Source of the DNA: an uncultured Pseudomonadales bacterium
Lineage (GTDB): Bacteria > Patescibacteriota > Microgenomatia > UBA1400 > MFAQ01
Direction of reading: 5' to 3'
DNA: 64,000 bases
NCBI GenBank assembly: GCA_964487665.1
Contig: CAZARR010000004.1
Location: 816-64,815, forward strand
The translations under genes and the position numbers were made by a program. Shown one piece after another: positions 28,588 to 38,061 of the stretch (positions are counted from its first letter, which is position 1; the number at the start of each line of letters is the position of its first letter). The notes below the pieces were generated by a model. It did not search any database, was not told the DNA's origin, and saw only the letters and a list, made by a program, of their open reading frames with translations.

Positions 28588-29657
28588 ATAATTAACTTGA
28601 ATTTATCAGAAAAGTTTGAACGCGAATACTTAATCGAGTCAGCAATTGCTTGGGAAGATACCCTATCGACTATTTTGCTGTCTTCGATTGCCTTTGTTGT
28701 CCATAATACGATTTCACTGATATTGTGTGCAAGGAAACCATTTGAACCGTGATTGATAATTTCTTTTTGTCCTCCTTTGGCAACGACAATGGGGACACAT
28801 CCGGCTGACATAGCCTCGACCGTGGCCATACCAAAATGTTCTACTTTTTCGGGACTTGCCATTTCATCGATTCCATAGCCGGCTGAATGCCAGAAAAACC
28901 TAGCCTGAGAGTATAGTTTGGCTAGTCTATCTATTGATGGATTGGTAAGAATCTCAACAGGGTATCCGAACGACAGTTTCTTTAAAGGTTCAATTTGTCT
29001 TAAATCTTCACCAATACCCCCCGCTAATATAAGCTTGTATTGGGGGTATTTTTTATAAACCACCTTGAATGCTTTGATTAGAATGTCCTGTCTTTTGTTA
29101 TGCGCTTGCTTTGGTGAGTTGAAGCGTGCAACAGATAGTATTGAATCGTTTTTGGTCGAGGAACTAAATCGATCGATATCTATCGGTGGATAAACAACTG
29201 TACCTTTATTGAAATTTAATTGTGACTCAATAACATTTTGGGTGAATTTTGAGTTATATACAATTTTGTTAATTAAAGTTAGTTTAAGTTGATTCATGAC
29301 TCTGTTCCCTCCCAGATGCTGAAAGGGAACCTGAAAGTGTAATAGATTTTTTTGGGCAAATAGGAAAGGAATGCTTCCATCACTAACAAAAAAAATTAGG
29401 TGGTAGTTGCTCGTATATATATACTTTTTAATAAGTGAGACACGTTTGGTTAATAATGAGTAGGCCAATGGGTTAATCGATATAGACAAGAGGTCTAGCC
29501 CAAATCTTTGTTGGGCTTGTCTAAAGATGTCTTCGTTGTCCCAGGCTATTTCTGTATGATAACCCATACTTTTGAGAGTAGTGGCTACAGTTAGGGAATA
29601 CCTTTCTCCCCCGCCCATGGTATCGAGGTATGGATCAAAGATTAGGGCCTTTTTCAT
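28584..29657 (-). CDS. Glycosyltransferase family 4 (GT-B)
   Basis: The N-terminus DPYLDTMGGGERYSL and the motif HFGMATVEAMSAGCVPIVVAKGGQKEII are GT4 hallmarks. Confidence 0.75.
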   Translation of the reverse strand: MKKALIFDPYLDTMGGGERYSLTVATTLKSMGYHTEIAWDNEDIFRQAQQRFGLDLLSISINPLAYSLLTKRVSLIKKYIYTSNYHLIFFVSDGSIPFLFAQKNLLHFQVPFQHLGGNRVMNQLKLTLINKIVYNSKFTQNVIESQLNFNKGTVVYPPIDIDRFSSSTKNDSILSVARFNSPKQAHNKRQDILIKAFKVVYKKYPQYKLILAGGIGEDLRQIEPLKKLSFGYPVEILTNPSIDRLAKLYSQARFFWHSAGYGIDEMASPEKVEHFGMATVEAMSAGCVPIVVAKGGQKEIINHGSNGFLAHNISEIVLWTTKAIEDSKIVDRVSSQAIADSIKYSRSNFSDKFKLII

Positions 29658-30462
29658 ATGTTAATTTTTTTAGTAGTTCCCGATCGATCGATCGATAGGT
29701 CTGTCCTAAGGAGGGTTTACGTTGCATTTCCCAAAGCCGCTCGTACGAAATAAACCTTGAGAACATTTGATAAATAACCTCAATGATACCTTCGGTTCCA
29801 TCACGCCATAGACCCTGGATGACAAACCTATCCCAAAACTCTGTTGCCAAAATACGAAAAAATCGCCACCCTTTCATCTGCGGATGACCAATACTGTAAA
29901 GCATTTGTGCCTCGAGCTTGGACCACTTGAGGGTGCTTGTTAACTTTTCGTCAATATTTTTGTGGGACAAGTGAAGTATTTTGTTTGTCAGCTTGCCTAT
30001 TGAGCCATCGATTTGAGGTTGTTCATGGAGCTTTCCGTGCCATTTTTTAAGTGAGTCTTTTTTCATCAGGCGAAGAACAAAGGGGTGTGGCCAATAATCC
30101 AAATGTTTTCCTAAAAAAATTTCATATCTGGGAATTGCATAGGCTGTGTGCTGGTTCATCGAAATGACTCTGTTAACTTCTTGGGCTAGCTCGGGAGGAA
30201 TGCGTTCGTCTGAGTCTAGGTACAGTAACCACTCACCAGAGGCATTGGCCGCCCCATCGTTTCGCCACTTGGAAAAATTGTAGCCAGGACTTTCGACAAT
30301 TTTTGTGGCGTATTTTTTGGCTATCTTGAGTGTGTTGTCGGTTGAACCTGTGTCTGTATCTACATAAATAATTTCATCAGCAAACAAAGAACTTTTGAAT
30401 GCAGGTTCGACTTCGGCTGCTACATTATTTCCTAAAATTATTATTGAAATTGTGTTTTTCAT
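29635..30462 (-). CDS. Glycosyltransferase family 2
   Basis: ISIIILGNNVAAEVE...IIYVDTDTGSTDNTLKIAKKY...LYLDSDE; 275 aa. Confidence 0.7.
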   Translation of the reverse strand: MKNTISIIILGNNVAAEVEPAFKSSLFADEIIYVDTDTGSTDNTLKIAKKYATKIVESPGYNFSKWRNDGAANASGEWLLYLDSDERIPPELAQEVNRVISMNQHTAYAIPRYEIFLGKHLDYWPHPFVLRLMKKDSLKKWHGKLHEQPQIDGSIGKLTNKILHLSHKNIDEKLTSTLKWSKLEAQMLYSIGHPQMKGWRFFRILATEFWDRFVIQGLWRDGTEGIIEVIYQMFSRFISYERLWEMQRKPSLGQTYRSIDRELLKKLTYEKGPNL

Positions 30463-31584
30463 TTAGTTTTTTGCAACTTTTAATTCCAGACTCATATTGT
30501 TCCGGGAAAGATTATTTTCCAGAAACAGAATTATTAATGGCGTTAGTAAAAAAGGGATTGTAAATATGTCTGGGAAAAGGGCGTGGTTCCAGCTTCCAGA
30601 TGATAAATAACCACCATAGCGAATAAGTAACGTGAAACCCAAAAGAAATAATATAACCCAGCTAGACCGTCTTGAAGTAACCAATGGTAGACCCATGTAG
30701 AGCCAAGTGAAATACCATGTGTGAACTTTGCTAATATTTGCTACGAGGTAAATGAGCATTGCGTAAGTTATGATTGATATTAGGTGTTTATTCTTTCTGA
30801 ATAGAAAGATGGGAAAATAAATTAGGCTGATGAACTTTGTGGTCCAGGATAATAAGAAAAATTTGAGTCCTCGCGTGATGTTGATCGGAAAGTAATATAT
30901 TGCAAGGAAAAAAAGAGCAATCATAATTAGGTCGTTGTGCGCATTGATTACAAGTTCAAATAAGAGAAGTGGATTGAAAAACCAGATAGGATAAATATAT
31001 TTAGTGGCGATTAGTTTTGAAAGAATCCAACCCGCGACCAGAAAAAGCCCTCCGCTCATAAGTTTATATAGGTAGAAGTTAGTAATAAATTTACCGGACG
31101 ACAGTAAAGAAGATATTATTGAAAAGAGAAGGGACGGAAATCCGTATGAATAAGTCGAATCAACCCAGTGGGTAAACCTTAGCCAAGAATCTGGACTAAG
31201 GGAAATTGGTGTTGTCGAGTAAGGATTGGAGTGGTAATACCAAACAATTTTTGCTCCGAACAGATAGCTGAAGATATCGTGTGAAGACATAGGGTAGGCA
31301 AAACAAAGTATCAATGTGATGACGAAAGAATAAAGTGGCAATTTAGTATCATTTAAGATTTTTTGGCTAAATAACATAAGTATTTGGACTGACGTTTGAG
31401 CGGCAATGATGAAGACGTAAAGATATAGGCTTGCAGTGGAAAAGGCGAGATTATTTCTTAATAGGGAAATAAAATTGACAACTGATGAGTTGTTGACTAG
31501 GGTGAGATTGCTATCGGTAAAGGAATAAGAAAAGATGACTAAAAAGAGCGAAATAACGATGAATATTATTGGAGCAAATTTCAT
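30463..31584 (-). CDS. Polytopic membrane protein, possibly a Wzy-like polymerase
   Basis: 373 aa with about 10 TM helices and no soluble domain. Its stop is adjacent to the next start. The function is a guess based on context with the Wzx-like gene. Confidence 0.35.
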   Translation of the reverse strand: MKFAPIIFIVISLFLVIFSYSFTDSNLTLVNNSSVVNFISLLRNNLAFSTASLYLYVFIIAAQTSVQILMLFSQKILNDTKLPLYSFVITLILCFAYPMSSHDIFSYLFGAKIVWYYHSNPYSTTPISLSPDSWLRFTHWVDSTYSYGFPSLLFSIISSLLSSGKFITNFYLYKLMSGGLFLVAGWILSKLIATKYIYPIWFFNPLLLFELVINAHNDLIMIALFFLAIYYFPINITRGLKFFLLSWTTKFISLIYFPIFLFRKNKHLISIITYAMLIYLVANISKVHTWYFTWLYMGLPLVTSRRSSWVILFLLGFTLLIRYGGYLSSGSWNHALFPDIFTIPFLLTPLIILFLENNLSRNNMSLELKVAKN

Positions 31585-32498
31585 TTAGCGATAAACGATC
31601 CCTTGCCTAAGTTACCAAGGAAAAAGTCTTTGATGGCAGTTTTCTGGGCCTGGTTGCCAGTTATCAGTTTCTTTAGCGCTTCTCGCAAGAGAGCAACCTT
31701 TGTTCTTATGCTAGCGTGCTTGGAACCGAATAATAATCTATTTCTGGTAATAAAGTAATCGTTTAATGGTGAGCCTATTCCAGAGCTCTGGGCGACTTTG
31801 TGCCAGATTTTAATCGAGGGATCAAAGATCAACTTCATCCCAGAGGATCGAATGCGGGTACAAAGATCGACATCCTCGAGATACATAAAAAATTTCTCGT
31901 CAAAAAGACCTATCTTTTGAAAGACGGTGGTTTTGGATATAAAGAGAGCGCCTGAAATGAAGTCAGTTTCGGCCTCAACCAATTTACCGTTGTCGACTTG
32001 ATCAACGTATCGGTGCGCGCCAAGTACGTTGGCCGCATCGAAAGTTCCCCCAGCGTACCAAATCACCCTGCCTAAATCGTGTTTGCGATATTTCTTTTTA
32101 AATTCGTAACCCTTGGCGAAGTATATGAGTCCTCCCAAGACGCCAACATCGGGGTTCAAAATCTTAGATCGAGCTATCTGTTCGAAAAAATCGCTACCAA
32201 CTAGGCAATCGTTGTTGATGAGAATAATAATATTTGAGCCATATTCTATTGCCCTTTTTATTGCGATATTATTCCCAGCGGCAAATCCGGTATTTGTTTT
32301 GCTCTTGATAAGAGTAATTCTCTTATCATTTATTAACTTATTTACCGAATCATCAGTGCTGGCGTTATCCAAAACATAGATACTATTTTCCCATTTTGGT
32401 GGTAGGGGGGAACTTGATAAACTGTCGATTAGTTCTAGAGTATCAGTAGCTCCATTGTAGTTGATAGTGATGGTGGCAACTTTGACACTCATTGGCAC
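31581..32498 (-). CDS. Glycosyltransferase family 2 (rhamnosyltransferase-like)
   Basis: ATITINYNGATDTLELIDSL...YVLDNASTDDS...ILINNDC...YLEDVDLCTR is the WbbL-like GT2 pattern. Confidence 0.75.
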   Translation of the reverse strand: MPMSVKVATITINYNGATDTLELIDSLSSSPLPPKWENSIYVLDNASTDDSVNKLINDKRITLIKSKTNTGFAAGNNIAIKRAIEYGSNIIILINNDCLVGSDFFEQIARSKILNPDVGVLGGLIYFAKGYEFKKKYRKHDLGRVIWYAGGTFDAANVLGAHRYVDQVDNGKLVEAETDFISGALFISKTTVFQKIGLFDEKFFMYLEDVDLCTRIRSSGMKLIFDPSIKIWHKVAQSSGIGSPLNDYFITRNRLLFGSKHASIRTKVALLREALKKLITGNQAQKTAIKDFFLGNLGKGSFIAK

Positions 32499-33409
32499 TT
32501 GATCTTTCGTGTCAACTTTAGTAATGCCCGAACAATTTTTTTTGGGTTTTGTTGTATGAGCATGGTGTAGTACCAGTAATTAAATTCATTAATTTTTCTT
32601 TTTAGTGGTTTTTTTATCAACCGTTGCACCTCGATTTCTTTGTGTGCGGGGAACGATTGTTTTTGCCATACCTTTAGATAGACCAAAAAGACTGAAAATG
32701 CCTGTAGAGTGGCAAGAACCAAACCATGCAGGCCATCCTTGTAACCCTCGCCAGCAAAATAACGGCTAAGAAATTCGCTCACTGGTCTTGTGAAAGCATC
32801 GATGGGATCAAACTGATACTTTTGTTCAATTAGTTCGAGTGCCTGGACCTCACTATAGCGAAGTGAACGAGATATGTATTGCTCAACTGAAGTGTAGTGG
32901 TTATGCTTGATAGCGAATTTTTCCTCTTCGGGTAAGTTTAAACCCCTTCCTTGGGTGATAGGTATCGAGTGAATGGTATTTTGCCATTCAACAAAGTTTT
33001 TTTTAAAAAATCTGATATTGTAGTCGGGCCACCAACGCGAGTGTTTGATCCAATTACCAAAAATAATGTTTTGCCGAGGAAGACGAACAAAATCGGCTTG
33101 ATCCTCATTAACAATTTGGCGTAATTTTGCAGCCAGATTTTTTGGAATGGTTTCATCTGGATCGACTACAAGAATCCATTCGTACTTGGCTTTTTTGATG
33201 GCAAAGTTTCGTGCTGGTTCGACGAAATTTAGTGGTTCATGCAAGTAGACCGAATCAGTATAGCGATAAGCGATATCACGGCTTTTATCTGTCGAGTGCA
33301 TATCTACAACAACAATTTCGTCTACAAAAGAAATACTCTGTAGGCACGATTCTAATAATTCGGCCTCATTTAGGGTGTTAACCACCGCTGAGATTTTCTT
33401 ATTGTTCAT
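32489..33409 (-). CDS. Glycosyltransferase family 2
   Basis: ISAVVNTLNEAELLESCLQSI...IVVVDMHSTDKS...LVVDPDE; 306 aa. Confidence 0.75.
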   Translation of the reverse strand: MNNKKISAVVNTLNEAELLESCLQSISFVDEIVVVDMHSTDKSRDIAYRYTDSVYLHEPLNFVEPARNFAIKKAKYEWILVVDPDETIPKNLAAKLRQIVNEDQADFVRLPRQNIIFGNWIKHSRWWPDYNIRFFKKNFVEWQNTIHSIPITQGRGLNLPEEEKFAIKHNHYTSVEQYISRSLRYSEVQALELIEQKYQFDPIDAFTRPVSEFLSRYFAGEGYKDGLHGLVLATLQAFSVFLVYLKVWQKQSFPAHKEIEVQRLIKKPLKRKINEFNYWYYTMLIQQNPKKIVRALLKLTRKIKCQ

Positions 33410-36400
33410 GACAGTTAAATTTATAGATGTTTATACCTTGGTAGTCAAAGATATTGTCGAGGCAAATGTCACGGTAATTGACAGATAATTTGAGATGGTG
33501 AGGTAAATATACATAGCTTATGTTGTTGGTTGCGAGAAATTGGAGCATCCAAGTAGTATCCAAGGTGTTAAAAAAGCGTTGAATTTGCTTTAATCGAAGT
33601 GAATAATCGTAACCTGTTATGTCTAAATTAATAGTGTCTGCTAAATACTCTGGTTGCCCCGAAAATGCTGAGATGTATCCGGTTGATGAATATGCGTATA
33701 GTGGTTTTGGTGACGGGGGATCGGAAATAATTGAGCGGAGGAAACTATGGGGTGGTGATATGACAATCCCCCTTGGCTGGTTCTGAAGCATCTGCAGAGC
33801 TCTAAGTTCGCTATAGCTTATTCGTGAGGCGGATAGGTTGGTGAGATAGTCCTTGAGCGTACCGATTGTCGTAGGTGAGATAAGGGTGACCACAATTAGC
33901 ACAACGACGAACCGACGAAGACGACTGGGGTGTTGGAGCCACGAGGCGATGCTAGCTACGGCGAAAAGGCTAAGAAAAAATTGTGCATAGTAAAAGAACT
34001 GAATAGTGTTCCATGGGTTGGATTTTTGTACAAGTATGAGGGGGGTAATAATACCCGCTAAAACAATAATCGAGGTTAGGTTTTTGGTTGGATAGTTCTC
34101 TTTGCTAAGTGAAAACTGGATAAAACCAACTATTCTTGCACCCAGATTACCCAAGACAAATACTGTCAGCGCAAAGATGTTTATTATGGTTAGTTTTATC
34201 AGATCGCCATTAATTTCGTATGCTTGCCAAGCAGTGACTAGTTTTTGCCAGTTCAGATGGTCTTGAGCCGCAAACATACTTTTGTAAAACCAAAAAGGGT
34301 GGAAAATAAATGGTGAACTTGCTTGAGTAAGTAATGGAAACACTAGTAACAAACCAACAATGAAGACACCAATAAAAAGTTTGTAATTTTTTTGTAATAG
34401 TAGGGCAAGTGCTAATAGTAAAAAACTATAAAACTTAATTTGGGCAAGCAAACCCCCGAGCAGAATTAATACGAGAGTTCGTCTGGAGGTGAGTGGTTGC
34501 ACTTTGCTTCGCTCTAGTAAGATAAGAAATATCAAGATAAAGACAATGGATAATGCAAAAGGGGGGTTTAGCAGAATGGATATTGATTGATTAGACCAAA
34601 AAACTGATTCTCCTGAAAACACCGAACGTCCTGATATTAAAGCTGGGATAAAGCCCAGTGATCCTGTTAAGAAACAGCCAATAATGCTTAGAGTAATGGC
34701 TTGGTCGGAATAATTCCACAAGCGGAGGAGCTTGATTAAAAGAATAATTATCAGGGTAGTTGTGGTTATCGGGATTATTCGAAAGTATAAATCCAAGGGT
34801 TGGATGTGGGAAAAGCGGCTAATAATAGCAAGAAGGTAATCGAATCCCAAGTGATAACTTTGCAATAGGTGACCTGAAATCATCGGGTTAAGAAAGTTGG
34901 TTAGGGATTGCCGAAATGAGGAAATTAGCGAAAGGTGAAAGATGGCATCGTGCCCATTGGGACCCCAGAAACCCATTCCAAACACATACAGCTGGCCACT
35001 CCTAAACATTGTAAGTAGAACCAAAAACTCAGTAACAATACCTGTGGCGAATACTAACATTGAGGAAAAAGGGTTTTTTCGAAACTGATATGCGATAGAT
35101 AGGATAGCAAGTGCGATTAGGATGGTTACAACAATGGTGTTTTTATTGGTGTTGGCGTATGGAAGTTGGGGTCGAATTTGCCAAACAGTACCATGTTTTG
35201 TTTTGACTGTTTTAACATCTGGTAATTTGACCTGGGGCACTTGAAGATTAAGAAGTTCTATTTCTTGCGGTTTTAGAATAATTTGTTTTTGTTGATCAGC
35301 TAAAGTCACTACCCAACTATTTTCTAAGGTTTTGAATTCTGTGATACCAAATCCAAGTGATATGACGGAACTGGGATATTTGACAGAGTCAATGGCTGCA
35401 TAGTTTTCGGCTAGAAGTTGTTGCGAATAATTCGGAGATAAATAATTATCCTCGGCCTCCTTTTGATTAAAGATCCGTAAATCAATAATTTGGGTATCGT
35501 TTGGTGTCGATCGTAGACCGATTCGATAAAATGAATTTTGATACCAAATTAACTCGCCATTTTGGTTACCTGTGACATCGGGGGAGCGATACATAAACGA
35601 CGGTGAAGATTCTGGGTAAAAGGAACGGAACCAATGACCGAAATTTGAAAGTGATATTGGGGTGAGCTCGTACTCTTTGCTTTTTTCACTGATAAGTTGG
35701 TAGGTGTTTATGATTTCTTGGTGGTAGTGGTTTGGAGATAAGCTATTATCTAAACCAACGATAATTTGGGAAAACTCATTATATGAATGGTCGCTGTATA
35801 TTTTTAACAGTCTATCTAAATATCTAGTATCGAGACCAGAACTAAGATAATCGTTTGCCTGAAGAGAGTAGCCATTGTCTTGGTAATTTGTATAGAAGTT
35901 AAATGGATCGCGCACAGCCCATTTGACAATCGGAAGTGGCAACCTGTTTTTACTTGAGGATGCCGGTATCAGAGTGTTTGTTTGGGATGGGTAATAGGGA
36001 CTGGCCAAGTAGGAACCCCAAAGACGGTAGTCACTGCCTAAAAATTGTTCGTCATGGACAGCGGCAGCAGTCACGGCGTAGTTATCGGTAAGGTATTTAA
36101 GGGAAAAACTATCAATGTACCAAGCGCCAACTGTTTGCGGGAAAAAACCAAAACGTTGGTAAAATTGATTCATATATGAATCAATTAGTTTTATTCGGTC
36201 GGCCTGATCATAATCGGCAAGCGATATTGACCTTGGTTGCTTGAGAAATTCTCCCGGGGGAAATTTTACAGTCGCAAGGGACGAAAGATTTGGGGTAATC
36301 TCGAGATAGGCCCCCACTGACTGGGACGAGTCTGAGGAAATTATTTTTTTGAAAAAGCTTGAAATTGCTTGATCGGAAATGGCGTCATAACGGAGTAGCC

Positions 36401-36608
36401 ATGTGATTGGAAGGGCTGACGGCGTTGATTCCTGATATTGTAACCTGGGCAGGTCAAGGGGGGTGTGTGTTTTTTCTTGACCCCAGCCTTCCCAGCCACT
36501 AACAGGGTTAACAATAGAAACAAAAGTTTGTCTTTCGAAAGATCTGACCGGAAAAAATACACCTGATAGTAAAAACATGACGATGAAGAGTGGCACAATC
36601 TTATGCAC
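33399..36608 (-). CDS. Large fusion protein: N-terminal extracytoplasmic domain (~500 aa) plus C-terminal 'GHD' family polytopic membrane domain
   Basis: 1069 aa. It has an N-terminal signal/TM segment. Its C-half motifs FWGPNGHDAIFHLSLISSF...NPMISGHLL.SYHLGFD...LDLYFRIIPI and LLNPPF are homologous to 16798..18798. Confidence 0.5.
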   Translation of the reverse strand: MHKIVPLFIVMFLLSGVFFPVRSFERQTFVSIVNPVSGWEGWGQEKTHTPLDLPRLQYQESTPSALPITWLLRYDAISDQAISSFFKKIISSDSSQSVGAYLEITPNLSSLATVKFPPGEFLKQPRSISLADYDQADRIKLIDSYMNQFYQRFGFFPQTVGAWYIDSFSLKYLTDNYAVTAAAVHDEQFLGSDYRLWGSYLASPYYPSQTNTLIPASSSKNRLPLPIVKWAVRDPFNFYTNYQDNGYSLQANDYLSSGLDTRYLDRLLKIYSDHSYNEFSQIIVGLDNSLSPNHYHQEIINTYQLISEKSKEYELTPISLSNFGHWFRSFYPESSPSFMYRSPDVTGNQNGELIWYQNSFYRIGLRSTPNDTQIIDLRIFNQKEAEDNYLSPNYSQQLLAENYAAIDSVKYPSSVISLGFGITEFKTLENSWVVTLADQQKQIILKPQEIELLNLQVPQVKLPDVKTVKTKHGTVWQIRPQLPYANTNKNTIVVTILIALAILSIAYQFRKNPFSSMLVFATGIVTEFLVLLTMFRSGQLYVFGMGFWGPNGHDAIFHLSLISSFRQSLTNFLNPMISGHLLQSYHLGFDYLLAIISRFSHIQPLDLYFRIIPITTTTLIIILLIKLLRLWNYSDQAITLSIIGCFLTGSLGFIPALISGRSVFSGESVFWSNQSISILLNPPFALSIVFILIFLILLERSKVQPLTSRRTLVLILLGGLLAQIKFYSFLLLALALLLQKNYKLFIGVFIVGLLLVFPLLTQASSPFIFHPFWFYKSMFAAQDHLNWQKLVTAWQAYEINGDLIKLTIINIFALTVFVLGNLGARIVGFIQFSLSKENYPTKNLTSIIVLAGIITPLILVQKSNPWNTIQFFYYAQFFLSLFAVASIASWLQHPSRLRRFVVVLIVVTLISPTTIGTLKDYLTNLSASRISYSELRALQMLQNQPRGIVISPPHSFLRSIISDPPSPKPLYAYSSTGYISAFSGQPEYLADTINLDITGYDYSLRLKQIQRFFNTLDTTWMLQFLATNNISYVYLPHHLKLSVNYRDICLDNIFDYQGINIYKFNCHEQ

Positions 36609-38061
36609 GATCGGGAAGAAAATGGTTAATTGTGGTTAAAAAAATTGCTTTTCCCTCAAGTAGGTAGACCATAAAGAGGTAGGTTAGTACTCCGCCAGTC
36701 GAAATACACATGAACAGAGGGAGGGTTGTGGCATAGGGTCTAAGAATCAAAAGATATAGTCCTAGGGCGGTTGAAGCGATTGTCGGAGTACCCAGTGATC
36801 GATAGACACCAAACCCGATCATTCTTTTGATGACCATAATAACCGCAAGGGATGATAAGGCGATAAGTCCGACTGAGTAACTTACTCCCAGATAACCCCA
36901 TTTAATGGCAAAAATTGGCATCAATACCCAGGTCAAGACTGTCCACATAACCATAAGTTTGAACGTCGTTTTTATTTTCCCTATGGCGTTAAGGGCATTG
37001 GTCATCATAGTTGAAATGCTAGCCCAAGCCGCATTAAAGAGATAAAGGTAGAGAGGTGTGACGGCAGGGAGCCATTTGGTATAGTTTGGGATGAGATAAA
37101 TTAGTGGAATGATTAGAAAAGCCATGGCAGTAAAAATAGGAAACAATAGTAGAGTGAGATATTTAATACTAATTTCTATCGCTTTGGTAAGACGCGTGCG
37201 ATCGTGCTGCAATCTGGCGAACGTTGGAAAGGCGACTTTGGTTAGGTTGTCCATAAACATCCTCATGGGAAGCTCAGCGTTTCTTTTTGCCCAGCCGATG
37301 TAGCCAAGGCCATTTTGACCGATTAATTTACCAAGGACGATGGTCATACCGTCGTCCTTAATTACTGCCAAAAAGGTATTGATCTGATAAGGTATGCCGA
37401 ACTTAAGTAGGTGTGAAAGTGATTGTTTGCTAATTCCTAGAGATGGTTTCCATGGAGAAACAACATACATGGCAACGAGGCCGACAAATCCTCGGACAAG
37501 AACTGCAATTGTAAATGTCGTTATTCCCCAATGGTTCCAGGCCAAGTAAACAGCCACCAGGTTAAAGGAGAGTGTCTCTAGAACAACCGGTATGATTAAC
37601 TTATCGAACTGGATGTTACGCTCTAAAATAACTGATGGAATGGTTTTGAATGAACTAAGCAGCAGAGACACACCCATCGCCCAGAGAAGGTAAACGCCAG
37701 CGGGGTCTATTCCAAAAAACAGTTTGATGGTAGGTGTGAATATAAAGAGTAGTAGTATCAAAATAGCCACAAGAATCTGCTGAACTGTAAACGTGGTACG
37801 TAGATCATCGGATGTTAACGACTCCTTTTTTTGAATCAGTGCACCAGCCAGACCAATGTCGGAAAAGTAAGCTAAAAAGTTTACTACTGAGCCGACAAGG
37901 TAATACACCCCATAAGTACTAGGGTTAAGAAAAACTGATAGAACGAACTGGGAAACAAGGGCGATGATCTGAACGATAAACGAGCGTGAGACTAAGGCCA
38001 CAAACCCAACTATTGCGCGTCTTTTAATCTCGGTTATATCAATTTGCGAGGCTTGTGGCAC
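36601..38061 (-). CDS. Wzx-like oligosaccharide flippase (MOP/polysaccharide biosynthesis protein family)
   Basis: 486 aa with about 14 TM helices. The N-terminus KRRAIVGFVALVSRSFIVQIIALVSQFVLSVFLNPSTYGVYYLVGSVVNFLAYFSDIGLAGALIQ is typical of the Polysacc_synt family. Confidence 0.65.
   Translation of the reverse strand: MPQASQIDITEIKRRAIVGFVALVSRSFIVQIIALVSQFVLSVFLNPSTYGVYYLVGSVVNFLAYFSDIGLAGALIQKKESLTSDDLRTTFTVQQILVAILILLLFIFTPTIKLFFGIDPAGVYLLWAMGVSLLLSSFKTIPSVILERNIQFDKLIIPVVLETLSFNLVAVYLAWNHWGITTFTIAVLVRGFVGLVAMYVVSPWKPSLGISKQSLSHLLKFGIPYQINTFLAVIKDDGMTIVLGKLIGQNGLGYIGWAKRNAELPMRMFMDNLTKVAFPTFARLQHDRTRLTKAIEISIKYLTLLLFPIFTAMAFLIIPLIYLIPNYTKWLPAVTPLYLYLFNAAWASISTMMTNALNAIGKIKTTFKLMVMWTVLTWVLMPIFAIKWGYLGVSYSVGLIALSSLAVIMVIKRMIGFGVYRSLGTPTIASTALGLYLLILRPYATTLPLFMCISTGGVLTYLFMVYLLEGKAIFLTTINHFLPDRA

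Noticed and set aside
36601-38061. Alternative reading of the 486-aa protein as a MATE drug exporter
   Set aside because: The N-terminal Polysacc_synt-like motifs and the glycosyltransferase context favour a Wzx-type flippase. A MATE transporter cannot be fully excluded without a profile search.
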